Source: Microcoleus sp. (GTDB lineage: Bacteria; Cyanobacteriota; Cyanobacteriia; Cyanobacteriales; Microcoleaceae). Taken from it: a stretch of 64,000 nucleotides of DNA. The stretch's first letter is position 1. Every line of letters begins with the position of its first letter. This document shows positions 63,973-64,000 of the stretch, piece by piece. The notes beneath the pieces were generated by a model, which was not told the origin of the DNA, ran no database searches, and saw only the letters and a program-made list of their open reading frames with translations. Both the position numbers and the translations under genes were made by a program. Where the stretch lies: contig JAYFMW010000017.1 in NCBI GenBank assembly GCA_042408215.1, positions 740,951 to 804,950 on the forward strand, read 5' to 3'.

Positions 63973-64000
63973 ATGGTAATGGACTATATTCCCGGTCAGA

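Larger units (their letters stand above)
62345..64000 (+). pseudogene. Ser/Thr protein kinase interrupted by IS605 element (runs off window)
   Basis: [22 protein letters not shown] then MVMDYIPGQ resumes in frame at 63973. Confidence 0.92.

Overview
The window comes from a filamentous (Oscillatoriales/Microcoleus-like) cyanobacterium: frequent HIP1 GCGATCGC sites, heptamer STRR repeats, cp12, ycf20 and an SLH porin. Housekeeping and signalling genes (atpD-atpC, hybrid kinase-adenylate cyclase, coaBC, GH13, two-component genes, a probable cruE/cruH-like pair) are interspersed with many IS200/IS605 and IS607 RNA-guided (OMEGA) elements. Highlights: (1) 55.8-62.1 kb, a two-gene AT-rich island encoding a 1318-aa SF2 helicase with a C-terminal PD-(D/E)xK nuclease plus a ~770-aa partner, resembling the DdmD/DdmE helicase-nuclease + Argonaute anti-plasmid system. 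(2) 12.26-15.87 kb, a nested, co-oriented stack of about six omega-RNA-bearing elements upstream of cp12, including an IS607 whose Fanzor-like TnpB has its RuvC-I Asp changed to Ala and whose predicted guide nearly matches its own left end. (3) A protein-free HEARO/IscB omega-RNA element inserted exactly at a start codon. (4) A sigma-like/DUF1822/CHAT-CHASE2/DUF928/CHAT module that looks like a proteolytic transmembrane signalling system. Several +1 frameshifts, one in essential atpC, suggest sequencing indels. All family calls are motif recognition by eye; no searches were run.
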